From assembly GCA_040285855.1 (NCBI GenBank), contig JAUFOQ010000005.1:1302001-1366000 (forward strand): a stretch of DNA of 64,000 nt. The letters are read 5' to 3'. Shown in pieces: positions 49,124 to 61,765 of this stretch. The position numbers and the translations under genes were made by a program. Numbering within the stretch: the stretch's first letter is position 1; each line of letters starts with the position of its first letter. Under the pieces are notes generated by a model. The model had not been told where the DNA came from. It saw nothing but the letters and a program-made list of their open reading frames with translations, and did no database searches. The stretch comes from Eukaryota sp. GEM-RC1 (taxonomy: Eukaryota).

Positions 49124-52100
49124 TGAAAAAAGGGCCTTATACAGTATTGAAAATTACTTAACTACTCAAAGTGTCATATTTAAATAAAGAACAATACAAT
49201 CAGTTAGAACATTTAGAACAATGTCTATTAAATTGTATTTTCCTGATTTTGTTATTTTTAAAATAGAAGCATTCTATTGAACTGATCTGCTTTTGAAGCG
49301 TTAAATTTGATATTTGTGACATTTCGTGTTTCTGATACATCGGTTGGTCCCACATCCAATCAAAAATGATTGTGAGCGTGGTTTAATTCGGGACACTGAA
49401 TGAATCTTACAGTGGAACTGCCTGAAGTCAAAATTGATAGATAAATATTGTATTTTGATGGCACAGTGATCAGTATATTGTATAATCAAACTTTTGTAAA
49501 GATATTTCAGTATGTCAATAAAGCTCAAAGATCTCCTCCTGCTTCTTAGAGAGTCCTTCCAGATATCACGAATCGTAAAAAGAATGTCATTTTGGTTTTA
49601 GAATTGATGAAGTAGAAGTTAGTTACGGGTACTGTATTAAACAGCTACCGTTGTTTTATCAATGGTTTTGATTCTATTCTATATATACGAGAAAAACCAA
49701 ATAACGATCAAAATATGCTACAAAAACACTACAGTTGTTACAAAGCAATAGATAAACAATTTGATATCACAATGAGTGTTTGAGAACACTAATGTTGTCT
49801 AAGTCTTTGCCAAAGATGATGTTTCTTTAGATAATAAAAGTTACTCTGATATTACTACAATGCAGCTTCATCGTATAATATGTGAGAACTCTAATATTAT
49901 AAATGTTATATGTATACTTTTGCAGATCTTGCAAGAGGTTGAGGATTTGCGTCACTGCAAAACAGGTCTTCAAATTTAAATAAGTGTAAATAAGTATCCA
50001 TACGCGTAGTTAAACAGTCTCCAATAATGAGTTGAACTTCTTCAATTTTAGACCTAATTAATCCTTATGTGTTTTTGAACCAGTAGTTGAACCATAATGT
50101 ATAAATGAGCTGTGTGCTCCTTGGTGTTGAATTACAGTCATCATACACTTTCATAGTGATTTAACAAATGGTACATCTGTAGTAATACTTCAAGAACAAT
50201 TAGTCTCACTGAGGTCGTTATTGACTTGTCTTGCTAAAAAACGCCTTTATTTACTCTTTCAAATACAAACTATCATCAATATTAACAAACTCTTGTCTTA
50301 CTTCATTGACAACAGCAACATTGACACTACAAGATATCAGTCTTTCGGTTACAGTATCAAAAAAAACACAACTTATAAAAAAATACAAAAAATACATTAC
50401 AGAAGACGATTTGATACAATACAAAAAAAATAAAAAAAAGACATGATACAAAAACTACAATAAGACTGTATTTTTCAGGTATGTTTTAAAACCAAGAATC
50501 ATACGAACTCCCTAATTTCTAGAAGAGCAGTTTTGTTAATCTGAGACTTGTCACTTCATCAAAATGATGTACTGTGATGTTCGGAATAAATGCGATTTCT
50601 TATCATCATTGGGTTACCTGTATTAGACTATGTTCGCTGATGACGTATAACACCATTGGCTAAACAATCTACCGTTTCAACATGTTATAGAAACGATAGC
50701 ATTCTCATTTACCAATTCAACAGCCAATGTCGAATTCTTGGTTACAAGTGACTCTCATTGCAAAACAATGGTTTAAAGTAATTTTATGTCTTGTATGAAG
50801 AATTCAGAAGGATGAACCATGTTAATGGTCGTGTACTTTGCACAATTAGTATACGAACTTAGAATTCCAAAAAAATACGATGTTAATCAGCTTAAGTTCC
50901 GGTACTAAGCCTAAGATGACGTTGTTAAAACTAGATAGATCGTAAAATGTTCGTTGAATCAGGCAATTAGGACAACTTAAATTTCACTAGTCATTTAGCG
51001 TTTCAAATCTCAAGCAAAGTATAATTTTAAATAGGGTTCATTTTATACTAATTCTACTCATGTGAAATTTCGTGTTATGGTTCTCTTGGTGATTCAGCAA
51101 TTTCCATACACGAAAACTTTCTCGTGATTGGAATAAAAACATCTTTAGAGTTTCAGATACACGGAACTGGAAATATACTGAATTTTCTATTATTCAACGT
51201 GCCTCATTTCGCCCAGGAATATTCCTAATAGTATAATTTGTTCATGTAAATCAGAAGATATCACCCACCCACTTATTTAATTGTTGTCATTTTTAAAGTC
51301 AACAAATCGGTGTGTATAATTCGAGATAAAATTTCTAATGTGTCAATCGTACCGTTTAGAATCTATATTAGAAACATTGGTGAGTGATTTGAGTTTGACT
51401 AACAATAACTTTGAAGTTTATGGAAATAGTTGTTCTGACAGTACTTTTCCTTGGCTAAAAACTAGTCCAATGCTTGTTACGAAAATATTTCAGTGGATGC
51501 TTGCAAAGCTTCTAGTGAACGAAATTGACCCTCTTTTACACTTGTCCTCAAGTGTTTTTCAAAGCATTTTTCATCGGAAACGTTCAAATTGTACTATTTT
51601 GAAAAGTTGTTATGAGAGTTGTTCGACGATGTGCTGCTGGTAAACTTCACTTGGTCTAGTGAAAAGATTCGTTCTACTGTTTTTAAATCAGCAATAAAGG
51701 TAACTCAACATTAGAAGTAATTGTCTTGTGAACAGTGTTGATTGTCTTCTGTTCTGTGATGTTCAAAATAAGTTATATTACTTATTATCATTGGGTAACC
51801 CGTAATAGACAGTTTTTCCTTATGGTATGTCACTCCATTGACTATATAAATAATGTGATGTTTCAATAGTCCGTGTTGAGTTCTTGGTGGGGTGTGAATC
51901 TCATCCTGAAACGTTTTACAGTAAGTTAGTTTCTGCAATAAATTCAATGCAAGACTGCAGCTGTCAGAAAAATTGACTTCCACAGTTTCCAACTACAATG
52001 AATACCGAACACCCGCTAGCAAACAGCTTCAACAGTAGTTGGACGATATCAAATGTCTTGCAATTGAGTTTCCTGAACTGTACATTTACTGCTAATTTAT

Positions 52101-53259
52101 GAAAGACTATGTTCCATTTATTATAATTCAATAGTCATTCACCACAATAAAACAGAACTTTAGGAGAACAATGACCCTTTTACAGTTGTTAACAAAATTG
52201 CTTGTGGTTGACATGGCTAATTGAATACACAGAATCAATAGGGTAATTGTTCTTGCAAACAAATAGCAACGAAATTCAGTGTCTGAAATTGTTTTGGAAG
52301 TATTTGTTTCGGTTCGAATTGGCATGATCAAGTATTTTTGGAAAGCTCAAGTTGGAGAACAAATGTGTTGTTAGAAATAACAGTAATTAAAATCATAATG
52401 CCTTACTAGAAGTAAGTTGCACTTTTCAAAATCCACTCATAACAGCAAGAACGATATGATCTGTTTTTTCATTGAACACGTCGACAACACGTCGAAAACT
52501 TGTTCAGCCTGATGATATATCATTGGTCAAGTTCCTGATTGTTTAATTATAATGACATTGTTATGTAGATTGTTTCTTATTTCAAATATTTGAGGTTTAT
52601 GGGCTGATTACAACCGTTGTGTTGACAATTTTTTTAGACAGACTACCTACATTGCCAGGACTAAAGAGAAATAGCAAAATGACAATAAAGTGACAATAAC
52701 AAACGGATTGTGTCTACCAGAGTTCATCTGGGCAATCAGTCTCTTTCACCATAAAGATCAAATTGTTTCTTTTCAGTTGTTTCAAGAGCAGAATAATTTC
52801 AAAGCCAAAACAGGATGGTCTACATTCACAAGAAGTTAATTGTTTTTATCGTATTGTGGTTTCCTCTCAAAAATATATCAGTATATATGACTGTACAAAA
52901 ACAATTAATTAGAAAAAGACAAGATGAGTCGAGCACGGCAAATTTTGCAAATTTAACACTTTTCGTCAAGTCAAACCGACTGCTTTCAAAGCATCTTTCG
53001 ACTAAAAAAGTTGAGAAACCGAGAAAAATTGACATTATCATTTGAAATATTTTAACAAGAGTTGTTCAACATTGAAATTTCTGTAGTGACAGATATCACA
53101 TCTTGCTCTAGCGAAAAGTTTCATTCTGCTGCTTTAAAATCCGCAATAAAGGTAACTCAACATTAGATATATTTGTTTTGTATACTCTCCTAAACTTCAA
53201 CCACCTTCTTGTTTTTTAAAAAGAAGAACCTGTTTATATCTAACACTAATGAAAACTAT

Positions 53260-54760
53260 TTAAGACTCATTAAGTCCAACTACTCCTTCAATTTTAAGTC
53301 TAGGATTTACTTTTAACGCCTCTGCCAAAGCTCGTTCACCTTCATCTCCAACTGAGTTTTGATCTAGACTAATACTTGTAACAGAAATATTAACTGTCAA
53401 CGCCTCTGCCAAAGCTTTGACACCTTCATCTCCAATGGAGTTTTGATCTAGACTAATACTTGTAACAGAAATATTAACTGTCAACGCCTCTGCCAAAGCT
53501 TTGACACCTTCATCTCCAATGGAGTTTTGATCTAGACTAATACTTGTAACAAAAGTATTAACTGTCAACGCCTCTGCTAAAGCTCTGGCACCTTCAGCAC
53601 CAATAGAGTTGTAACTCAGATCAATATTTGTAACTGAAGTATTAACTTTCAACACATCTGCCAAAGCTCTGGCACCTTCAGCACCAATATAGTTGCTACC
53701 TAGATTAACACTTGTAACTGAAGTATTAACTTTCAACACATCTGCCAAAGCTCTGGCACCTTCAGCACCAATATAGTTGCTACCTAGATTAACACTTGTT
53801 ACTGCAACATTAACTTTCAACGCAACTGTCAAAGCTCCGGCACCTTCAGCTCCAATAGAGTTGTAACTCAGATCAATATTTGTAACTGAAGCATTAACTT
53901 TCAACGCCTCTGCCAAAGCTCTGGCACCTTCAGCACCAATAGAGTTGTAACCCAGATCAATACTTGTAACTGAAGTATTAATTTTTAACGTCTCTGCCAT
54001 AGCTCTGGCACCTTCAGCTCCAATAGAATTGTTCCACAGATTAACACTTGTAACTGAAGCATTAAATTTCAGCGCCTCTGCCAAAGCTCTGGCACCTTTA
54101 GCTCCAATAGAGTTGTTCATGAGATAAATACATGTAACTAAAGTATTGGTTTTCAAAGCTTCGATCAATAACATAGAAACAGTGGTGCGTTGTCTCACCA
54201 CTAGTACTTCTAATTGCTTAAGACGTGGAAATAAAGAAGAAGAACTGTTGAGAAACTCTAAATCAGAGGGTTTTCTTAGTTCGATTCTCAATACCGTAAT
54301 TATACCAGAATAAATAAGACTTTTCTCAATTTGTAAGGTTCTGTGAGTGTGCAAGAAAACAGATTGTAGATCAGCTCCAAAGAAAGAAGCAAGTGAAGTT
54401 AGTTTGGGAAGGTGTTCAAGATCAGCATGAAAGGTGTGTATTTGAAAAACACTTTAGCTGCTTGGAATGAAGAATCAAGGAAGTGATTACTTACATAGCC
54501 AACTTGTCCAAAGAATGCAGGTAACGCTGTTTTCAAACCATCGAGTTGACTAATAGTTCCAAAAGGATATTGTTGTAGAGTACGCTTCAGTCTCAGCAAG
54601 TGTAGATGTACAAGAATCAACAAAGACTGCTGAACGTGGACACGTTTAGAGGGAGGATGTGGGGATAAAGGCAATATCGATAGTTCGTCACCGTTAGACA
54701 TCACAGAGGAGATACTGGAAGGGGATGAACGACTCCTTTGCAACAAAGGTTTAGGTGTGT
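53260..54760 (-). pseudogene. RI/NLRC3-type LRR family gene (10 repeats) with a 1-nt deletion at the A-run 54445-54449 and a MITE immediately upstream
   Basis: Compared with paralogs (GTG TTT TTT/TAT TTT CAA) one T is missing. No ATG at the homologous start position. Confidence 0.7.
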
Positions 54761-54786
54761 GAGTATTGAACTTTCTCTCTTTTAAT

Positions 54787-55232
54787 CAGTGATGACGGGT
54801 ACCCCAGGTACCATAATTTTGGGTACCATCGTAAACTATGACTCTGAAATGGCTGCTGCAAACGGTGATATTCCCATTACTACTTATGTACAACGAAATC
54901 CACAGGACAAGGCTCAAGTGAGTGATCGAAAAACAGTTCAGTGCATCTTTATCATGTTGTGAAACAATAAAAATTATTTAAATCATTGCAATTATTTATT
55001 TTTGTATCGCAAATACGGCAATTGTTTATTCTAGAGTACTAACATACGGCAATTATTGATTTTGCTTTATTCAGAGTGCAATAATTTATTTAAATCATTC
55101 TTTAACAGCCCTGGTCTTACTAGACTTCTATCTAACAGTATGGAAATTGATACACGTGTCAAACGGTACCCAGGTGGTACCCCCGGATACCATGGGGTAC
55201 CATGAATGAAACCGAGGTACCCGTCATCACTG
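54787..55232. mobile_element. hAT-type MITE, GGTACC-rich family (copy 3, different interior)
   Basis: Same TIR, 8-bp TSD CTTTTAAT (54779-54786, 55233-55240). Confidence 0.9.
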
Positions 55233-55800
55233 CTTTTAATGTCCATCACCCCAACCTGGTTTTATAACCAAGAACCAAACGAACTCCCTAGTCAATAGAA
55301 GAGCAGTAATGTCAACCTGCGACATGTCACATCATCAAAATGATGTCCTGTGATGTTCAAAAATAAATGTTATTAGATATTAGTAATATCAGGTCTCTTT
55401 GATATCACAAAATACTCATTTCTCAAACAATAATTCACACATACTCAAAATGAAATCAAAAATTCGTGACGGTCAATGTCGAGTTCTTGGTTACAAGTGA
55501 CTCTCATTGCAAAACACAGGTTCAAAGTAAGTTTATGTCATTTATGAAGTATGCAGAAGAAACGAGTCATGTCAATAGTCGTTTTATAAGGACTTAGAAT
55601 TCTGAGTCTAATTTCTGACTAAGCCTAAGAGTGTTCTTTGTTGAATCAGGCAATTAGGACAACTTAAATCCTACTTGTCATTTAGCGAACGAAATTTCAT
55701 GCAGTTGTTAAATTTCAAAATAAGGTTCATTTTATACTAATTCTACTCATGTTTAATGTATTGTTACAGTCTTCCCACGGTTTATGTTCACCTCTTGGAC

Positions 55801-56463
55801 CAGGGGTGTGAAAAGTATAATTTAAATATATTGTTAATTGTTTTCGATAAAAATCAATACATGTATATTGTTATTGTTGTTGAAAACAATATATATATAT
55901 ATTTATTGTCATTAAATATTGGTTTATTTTATTTAGTTTCTATGTGTCAATAATCAGACAAGAACAGCTCTAACATTTGTTATGATATATCAAATGTTCA
56001 TCAGACTCGTCATAGTTCTAAAGGAGCTCAATCGATTGTGTAGTGAATAAGACTCTGATTGAAGATACTTCTTTGGAGTAACTCCAATTGCACAACAACA
56101 GAACAGTTTGGGTTTCCGTCGTGTTAAGCAGGACAAATCGTGTCAAGTACAGATTTGAAAAGCAGTGGGTAACAATTTCCTTATGTTCAGACATAAAGAA
56201 AACTCAGATAGATTAGTATCGTACTCAGCAACCTCCAATCGATCAGTTTACACTGTATTTCTTCAAAAATGGCACAATGTATTACTGTAAAAACAGACAA
56301 AATAGGACACCAATATATTTAAATATATTTAAATATATTGCAATAATATTGTTTATTGTTTCGACCAACAATAAATATATTGTCGGTAACTCACAGAACA
56401 ACAAATTAATAAATAGATATTTATTGCAATAAATACAATATAAATATATTTTTCTCACCCCTG
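55801..56463. mobile_element. hAT-type element nested in a small TA-flanked MITE (55767-56507)
   Basis: TIR CAGGGGTG(T/A)GAAAA, 8-bp TSD TCTTGGAC. The outer element has TIR CAGTCTTCC/GGAAGACTG flanked by TA. Confidence 0.85.
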
Positions 56464-58041
56464 TCTTGGACTGGACATAAACCGAATCATAAACCAGTGG
56501 AAGACTGTATACGGTTCTTTTGGTGATTTTGCAATTTCTGTATTCGAAAACTTTCTCATGATTGAAAAAGAAACAGCGTTAGAGTTTACGCGGATCTGGA
56601 AATATACCAAATTCTCTACTATTAAACCCGAATATGAGATGCTTCATTTGGTCCAGTAAGATTCATAATAATATAATTTGTACAAGTTGGTCAGAAGATA
56701 TCACCCACTCACCTATTTAATTGTTGTCAATTTAGGGTCAACAGACCGGTTGTGCATAATGCGGTTCGAGATGAAATAGTTCTAATGTGTAAATCGTACC
56801 GTTTAGAATCTATTCTAGAAACACTGCTGAGTGATTTGAGTTTGACTAACAATAACACTGAAGTTTACGGCAGGCGTTGCTCTGACAGTATTTTCCTTGG
56901 CCAAATACTAGTCCAACGCTTGTTCTCGAAAAGATTTCTGTGGATCAGCGACAGCAGCCTCTGCTGCTGTACAGATTTACTTTTTCTGTGAAGAAATTCT
57001 CTACGAATGTGGAAATTGCAGTTTTCACAAGTTTATCAATTAATGCAATAAATTACAGAAACATATTTGATATCATTAAAATAACAACCATCACTATAAA
57101 ATATTACAAAAGCTTTATCCACATGGAAGGAACTCACTGATAGCAAAGCTTTGGAGTCAGCAAAGAATTAAAAAGACTAACATAGTCTATATTGGTAATA
57201 TCGTTTGAAGCAGAAATTGAAAACCTTGATTGGGAACACAAGATATTAGTCTTGGTAAAGAATGATGTAGTTGAACAGCAGGAAACAACGCAGTTTCAAA
57301 CACATCAGTGGTGTTGTCGCCAATTACCCAGTTAATACCGTGGTTTCCAAGATTCTCTGTCGAAATGGATGTAAACTCATAACATTCGAAACTTCTGAAT
57401 GCTTATCTGTAATATCAAATGTTTCACACGTTTAAGAGTCGTCGATGATAGTATGTATTTATGGCTTAACAAAGAGAACTGTCAGAAAATGCATTCTTTA
57501 AGGATGTACTGATGTCTTGGGATCTAGATGACATGGAAGAATCATAAAGTAAATGTATTTAAGGTACTGTTCCAGTACTAACAGTCCACAGACACCATAT
57601 CGCACACATACAATTTGTTTATAGAAGAAGGGACAGACATCCGTGAACCAACAATAGATTGGGTTTGCTTCATTTCAATTGCTTAATTCCAAAATTCTTG
57701 GAAGGGGTTCGACAAGAGAGTCAATTTGGCGCGTTTTGCACATCGAGTGTATGTTTTCTAACAGCATAATACATTCAAGGTCGGTAAGTAATGTATCGGT
57801 TACAACTTAACAACAAGAACAGGTCATTCGTGATCCAAATCTTCAAGGTCGTTTGGCAAACTATACGACCATAAATACAACGAAGTCTCATCTTGGTGGT
57901 CCATTGATGATCAGTTACTAATAGACCAAACACTTGTGGATATCTTTACTTAGCGAAGTGATACATTTTCATTTTAAATAATGTACAAAAAGGATTTTTT
58001 TGGGTGTTCCTTCAAGTCGAATTTCAATGACAAGACACTCG

Positions 58042-58326
58042 TCATGAAATTCCTTTGATCTCAACAGGAAAACACGATGACCATAACTCATAAAGGAGAT
58101 TTGCTATATCACCACGGAGATGATTGAGATAGAAACATGAAGTACTTTCGAGAAGAGAAGTTCTTGTTGTGTATTGAGTACGAGAATCGAATCCAAAATT
58201 CTTTCCACCACTCATGAATGCTGCTTTAGTCCACCGTTTAGATGATGTAAATCCGCACCCTCCAAGATGTGCACCCGAAAACGTATGACTATTCAGAATG
58301 TTGAGAAAAACTTGATACAGAAGCAT
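58042..58326 (-). mobile_element. Non-LTR retrotransposon fragment
   Basis: HLGGCGFTSSKRWTKAAFMSGGKNF aligns with EFAGVGFTHAKIIGKSALLASVKNF of ORF 5095-5877. Other fragments lie at about 28640-28985, 35600-35825, 51100-51640, 56600-56990 and 58620-58860. Confidence 0.6.
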
Positions 58327-60010
58327 TAATTTTCAACGCAACGGTCAATGCTCGAGCACCTTCATCTCCAACAGAGCTGTTACCTAGATGAACACGTTGT
58401 TCTGCTGATATCCGCGCAGTTGAAATGTAGACTGTTAGTGGGAGAGAAGTCAAGTGGTTTTGAATTAGTAGAAGTTATACGAAAACTGTGGTGCTTACTG
58501 TTGCAGAAAGAACACTTTATTCGGAACTCAAACAGTCCTTTGCCACAAGAATGTGCTAAAAAGAAAAAGAAAGACTAAGACCAAACACTAATTACCATAC
58601 TTGGGTATATATGCACAAATCTCTTTAACTTCCTTTGGTAAATTGTGTTCTGAGTACGGTAAACATTTTTAGCGAAAATTTTTGGTTGAGTAGGTTAACT
58701 TTTGCGTTGGTTATTCAATGCACAGATACATAAATTCAATTTTAGGTAAGCTGTTTGGTAACGGACAGAAGGATCATAGTTTAGATACTTTAGTCAGTTT
58801 CTGCTAGTTATTGTTGTCTGCAAAAGCATTTATCTCGCTGATTGATCATAAACCCCGTTTCTACTCGGATATCACACTTGTTTGTGACGTGATACTTGTG
58901 ATGCCTGTGTGGGTCGAAATACGCGAAATATTGTGTTATAATCTAATTGAAGATTAAACTCGATCAATTAGTACTATTGTGTGTGTATTTTTGTTCGATT
59001 TGTATGACTCAATCTAAAAGAATGCAAGAGATCACATTTAAATTCTGTCTTCTTTGTCACACGAACACAGCTATATACTTCAAAATGGAACTCACTGACA
59101 GCGACGATTCGAAGAATTGCTTTACAAACAGAATACAGTATACTAACATTTGACCAAAACGATTGATCATATTCTTTTTACGAATTTTTCGACATCATTT
59201 TGAAAATTCAGTCCTCTTTTTCATGAACGATCGTAATTTGACACTTCCAAAGGACATATTTCTTATTCAACACTTCACATGTTAAGTGTGATCAATCGTA
59301 TTTTGTACTTATCTTGTGTTTCCACAGCTATATTGAAGTACATTTAACAAAAGATCGTATACCTGCGGGATTTGATTTGATTAACAACACAAACCTGCTT
59401 TAAAACAGTTGAAAAATTTACGACTACTGGATTCTTTTGACTGTGTGCCTCAATCACAATCTATGATTAGAAGGCTCAATGAAGTTCCGAAATCCAAAAG
59501 CCCTCGTATCTATTAGAAGATATACTACAAGTTTGTTTTTGTATGGTTCTATTGAGTAAGATCAGTATTAGCTGTATTTGTGATGTGATATACCTCAAAT
59601 ATGACACATGTTAGACTGTGATGTGATGTTGTGATGTGACATGTGTGATTCACATGTATCATAAAATGCAAAAAAGTGTGACACCCAAGTATGCTAATAA
59701 CTACTACTGATACCACAAAAATACATACAATTAAGGGTTTTCTATTACAAATACAAAGACAAAATACAGAAAAATACATGTACTTGTATTTTCCATCTGT
59801 TATCTGAACATAATCACAGTAAAAGAAGAAAATCTGGACTGACAATTATGACTTGATTGACTATATCTTCGTCATTTTGATAACAAGTCTCAGGTCTACA
59901 ATACTGCTCTTCTAGTAACTAGAGAGTTTGGATGATGCTTGGTTTTAGAACCAAGTTGGTAATGGTGGACACATGTTAGATTGAGGGAATGCGGAATCAT
60001 TTATTGATCA

Positions 60011-61765
60011 ATGCTCACACCTCGCCCTGATCATTTGTTGCAAAGGAGTCGTTCATCCCCTTCCAGCTTCTCCTCTGTGAAGGCTGACTGTGACGAACTG
60101 TCGGTATTGTCTTCATCCACCTTTAAACGTGTCTATGTTCAGCAGTCTTTGTTGATTCTGATTCATCTTCACTTGCTGATACTTATCTTCAAGCATGCTA
60201 AGATCCGTCTTCGAGCTAATCTACAACTTCCTGCTTTGAAAACAGCGTTACCTGCATTCTTTGAACAAGTTGGCTATGTAAGTAATCACTTCCTTGATTC
60301 TTCATTCCAAGCAGCTAAAGTGTATTTTCAATTACACACCTTTCGTGCCGATCTTAAGCACCTTCCCAAACTAATTTCACTTGCTTCTTTCTTTGGAGTG
60401 GATCAACAATCTGTTTTCTTGCACACTTACGAAACCTTTGAACTTGAGAAATTTCTTAATTATTCTGGTATATTTACAGGATTGAGAATCGTACTAAGAA
60501 AACCCTCTGATTTAGAGTTTCTAAACAATTCTTCTTCTTTATTTCCACGTCTTAAGCAACTAGAAGTAGCAGTGGCGAGACAACGCATGTCTGTTTCTAT
60601 GTTATTGATTGAAGCTTTGAAAACCAATACTTCAGTTACAACTGTTGATCTAAGTGAAAACTCTATTGGAGATGGTGGTGCCGTGGCTTTGGCAGATGCG
60701 TTGAAAGTAAATGCTTCAGTTACATGTGTTAATCTACGGCGTAATTCTATACGAGATGACGGTGCCGTGGCTTTGGCAGATGCGTTGAAAGTAAATGCTT
60801 CAGTTACATGTATTAATCTGTGTTTTAACTATATTGAAGATAAAGGTGCCACAGCTTTGGCAGAGGCTTTGGAAGTGAATACTTCAGTTACAAGTATTGA
60901 TCTGGGGTGCAACTCTATTGGAGATGAAGGTGTCAGAGCTTTGCCAGATTCGTTGGAAGCTAATACTTCAGTTACAAGTGTTAATCTACTTGGAAACGCT
61001 ATTGGAAATGAAGGTGCTAGAGCTTTGGCAGATGTGTTGCTAGTTAACGCTTCAATTACAATTGTTGATCTTAGTAGCAACTCTATTGGGAATGAAGGTG
61101 CTAGAGCTTTGGCAGAGGCGTTGAAAGTTAATGCTTCAGCTACGAGTGTTAATCTGGATTTCAACTCTATTGGAGCTAAAGGTGCTAGAGATTTGGCAGA
61201 TGCGTTGAAAGTTAATGCTTCACTTACAATTATTGATCTGAGCAACAACTCTATTGGAGCTAAAGGTGCTAGAGATTTGGCAGAGGCGTTAAAAGTTAAT
61301 GGTTCAGTTACAAGTGTTAATCTGTGGAATAACTCTGTTGGAGATGAAGGTGCCAGAGCTTTGGCAGATGCGTTGAAAGTTAATGCTTCAGTTACAAATA
61401 TTGATCTGGGTTACAACTCTATTGGAGATGAAGGTGCCAGAACTTTGGCAGAGGCGTTGAAAGTTAATACTTCAGTTACAAGTATTGATCTGGGTTACAA
61501 CGCTATTGGAGCTGAAGGTGTCGAAGCTTTGGCAGAGGCGTTGAAAGTTAATACTTCACTTACAAGTGTTAATCTGAAGTGCAACTCTCTTGGAACTGAA
61601 GGTACCAGAGCTTTGGCAGAGGCGTTGAAAGTAAATCCTTCAGTTACAAGTGTTAATCTGGGTTACAACTCTATTGAAAATGAAGGTGCCGGGGCTTTGG
61701 CAGAGGCGTTAAAAGTAAATCCCAGACTTAAAATTGAAGGAGTAGTTGGACTCAATGAGTCTTAA
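60011..61765 (+). CDS. RI/NLRC3-type LRR family gene, intact (13 repeats)
   Basis: 584-aa ORF with the family N-terminal domain, 13 x 28-aa repeats and the C-cap PRLKIEGVVGLNES. Confidence 0.9.
   Translation: MLTPRPDHLLQRSRSSPSSFSSVKADCDELSVLSSSTFKRVYVQQSLLILIHLHLLILIFKHAKIRLRANLQLPALKTALPAFFEQVGYVSNHFLDSSFQAAKVYFQLHTFRADLKHLPKLISLASFFGVDQQSVFLHTYETFELEKFLNYSGIFTGLRIVLRKPSDLEFLNNSSSLFPRLKQLEVAVARQRMSVSMLLIEALKTNTSVTTVDLSENSIGDGGAVALADALKVNASVTCVNLRRNSIRDDGAVALADALKVNASVTCINLCFNYIEDKGATALAEALEVNTSVTSIDLGCNSIGDEGVRALPDSLEANTSVTSVNLLGNAIGNEGARALADVLLVNASITIVDLSSNSIGNEGARALAEALKVNASATSVNLDFNSIGAKGARDLADALKVNASLTIIDLSNNSIGAKGARDLAEALKVNGSVTSVNLWNNSVGDEGARALADALKVNASVTNIDLGYNSIGDEGARTLAEALKVNTSVTSIDLGYNAIGAEGVEALAEALKVNTSLTSVNLKCNSLGTEGTRALAEALKVNPSVTSVNLGYNSIENEGAGALAEALKVNPRLKIEGVVGLNES

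Noticed and set aside
60640..61730. 84-bp periodic repeats as a CRISPR-like array
   Set aside because: They are in-frame coding LRR modules with no unique spacers and no cas genes, in a eukaryotic context.
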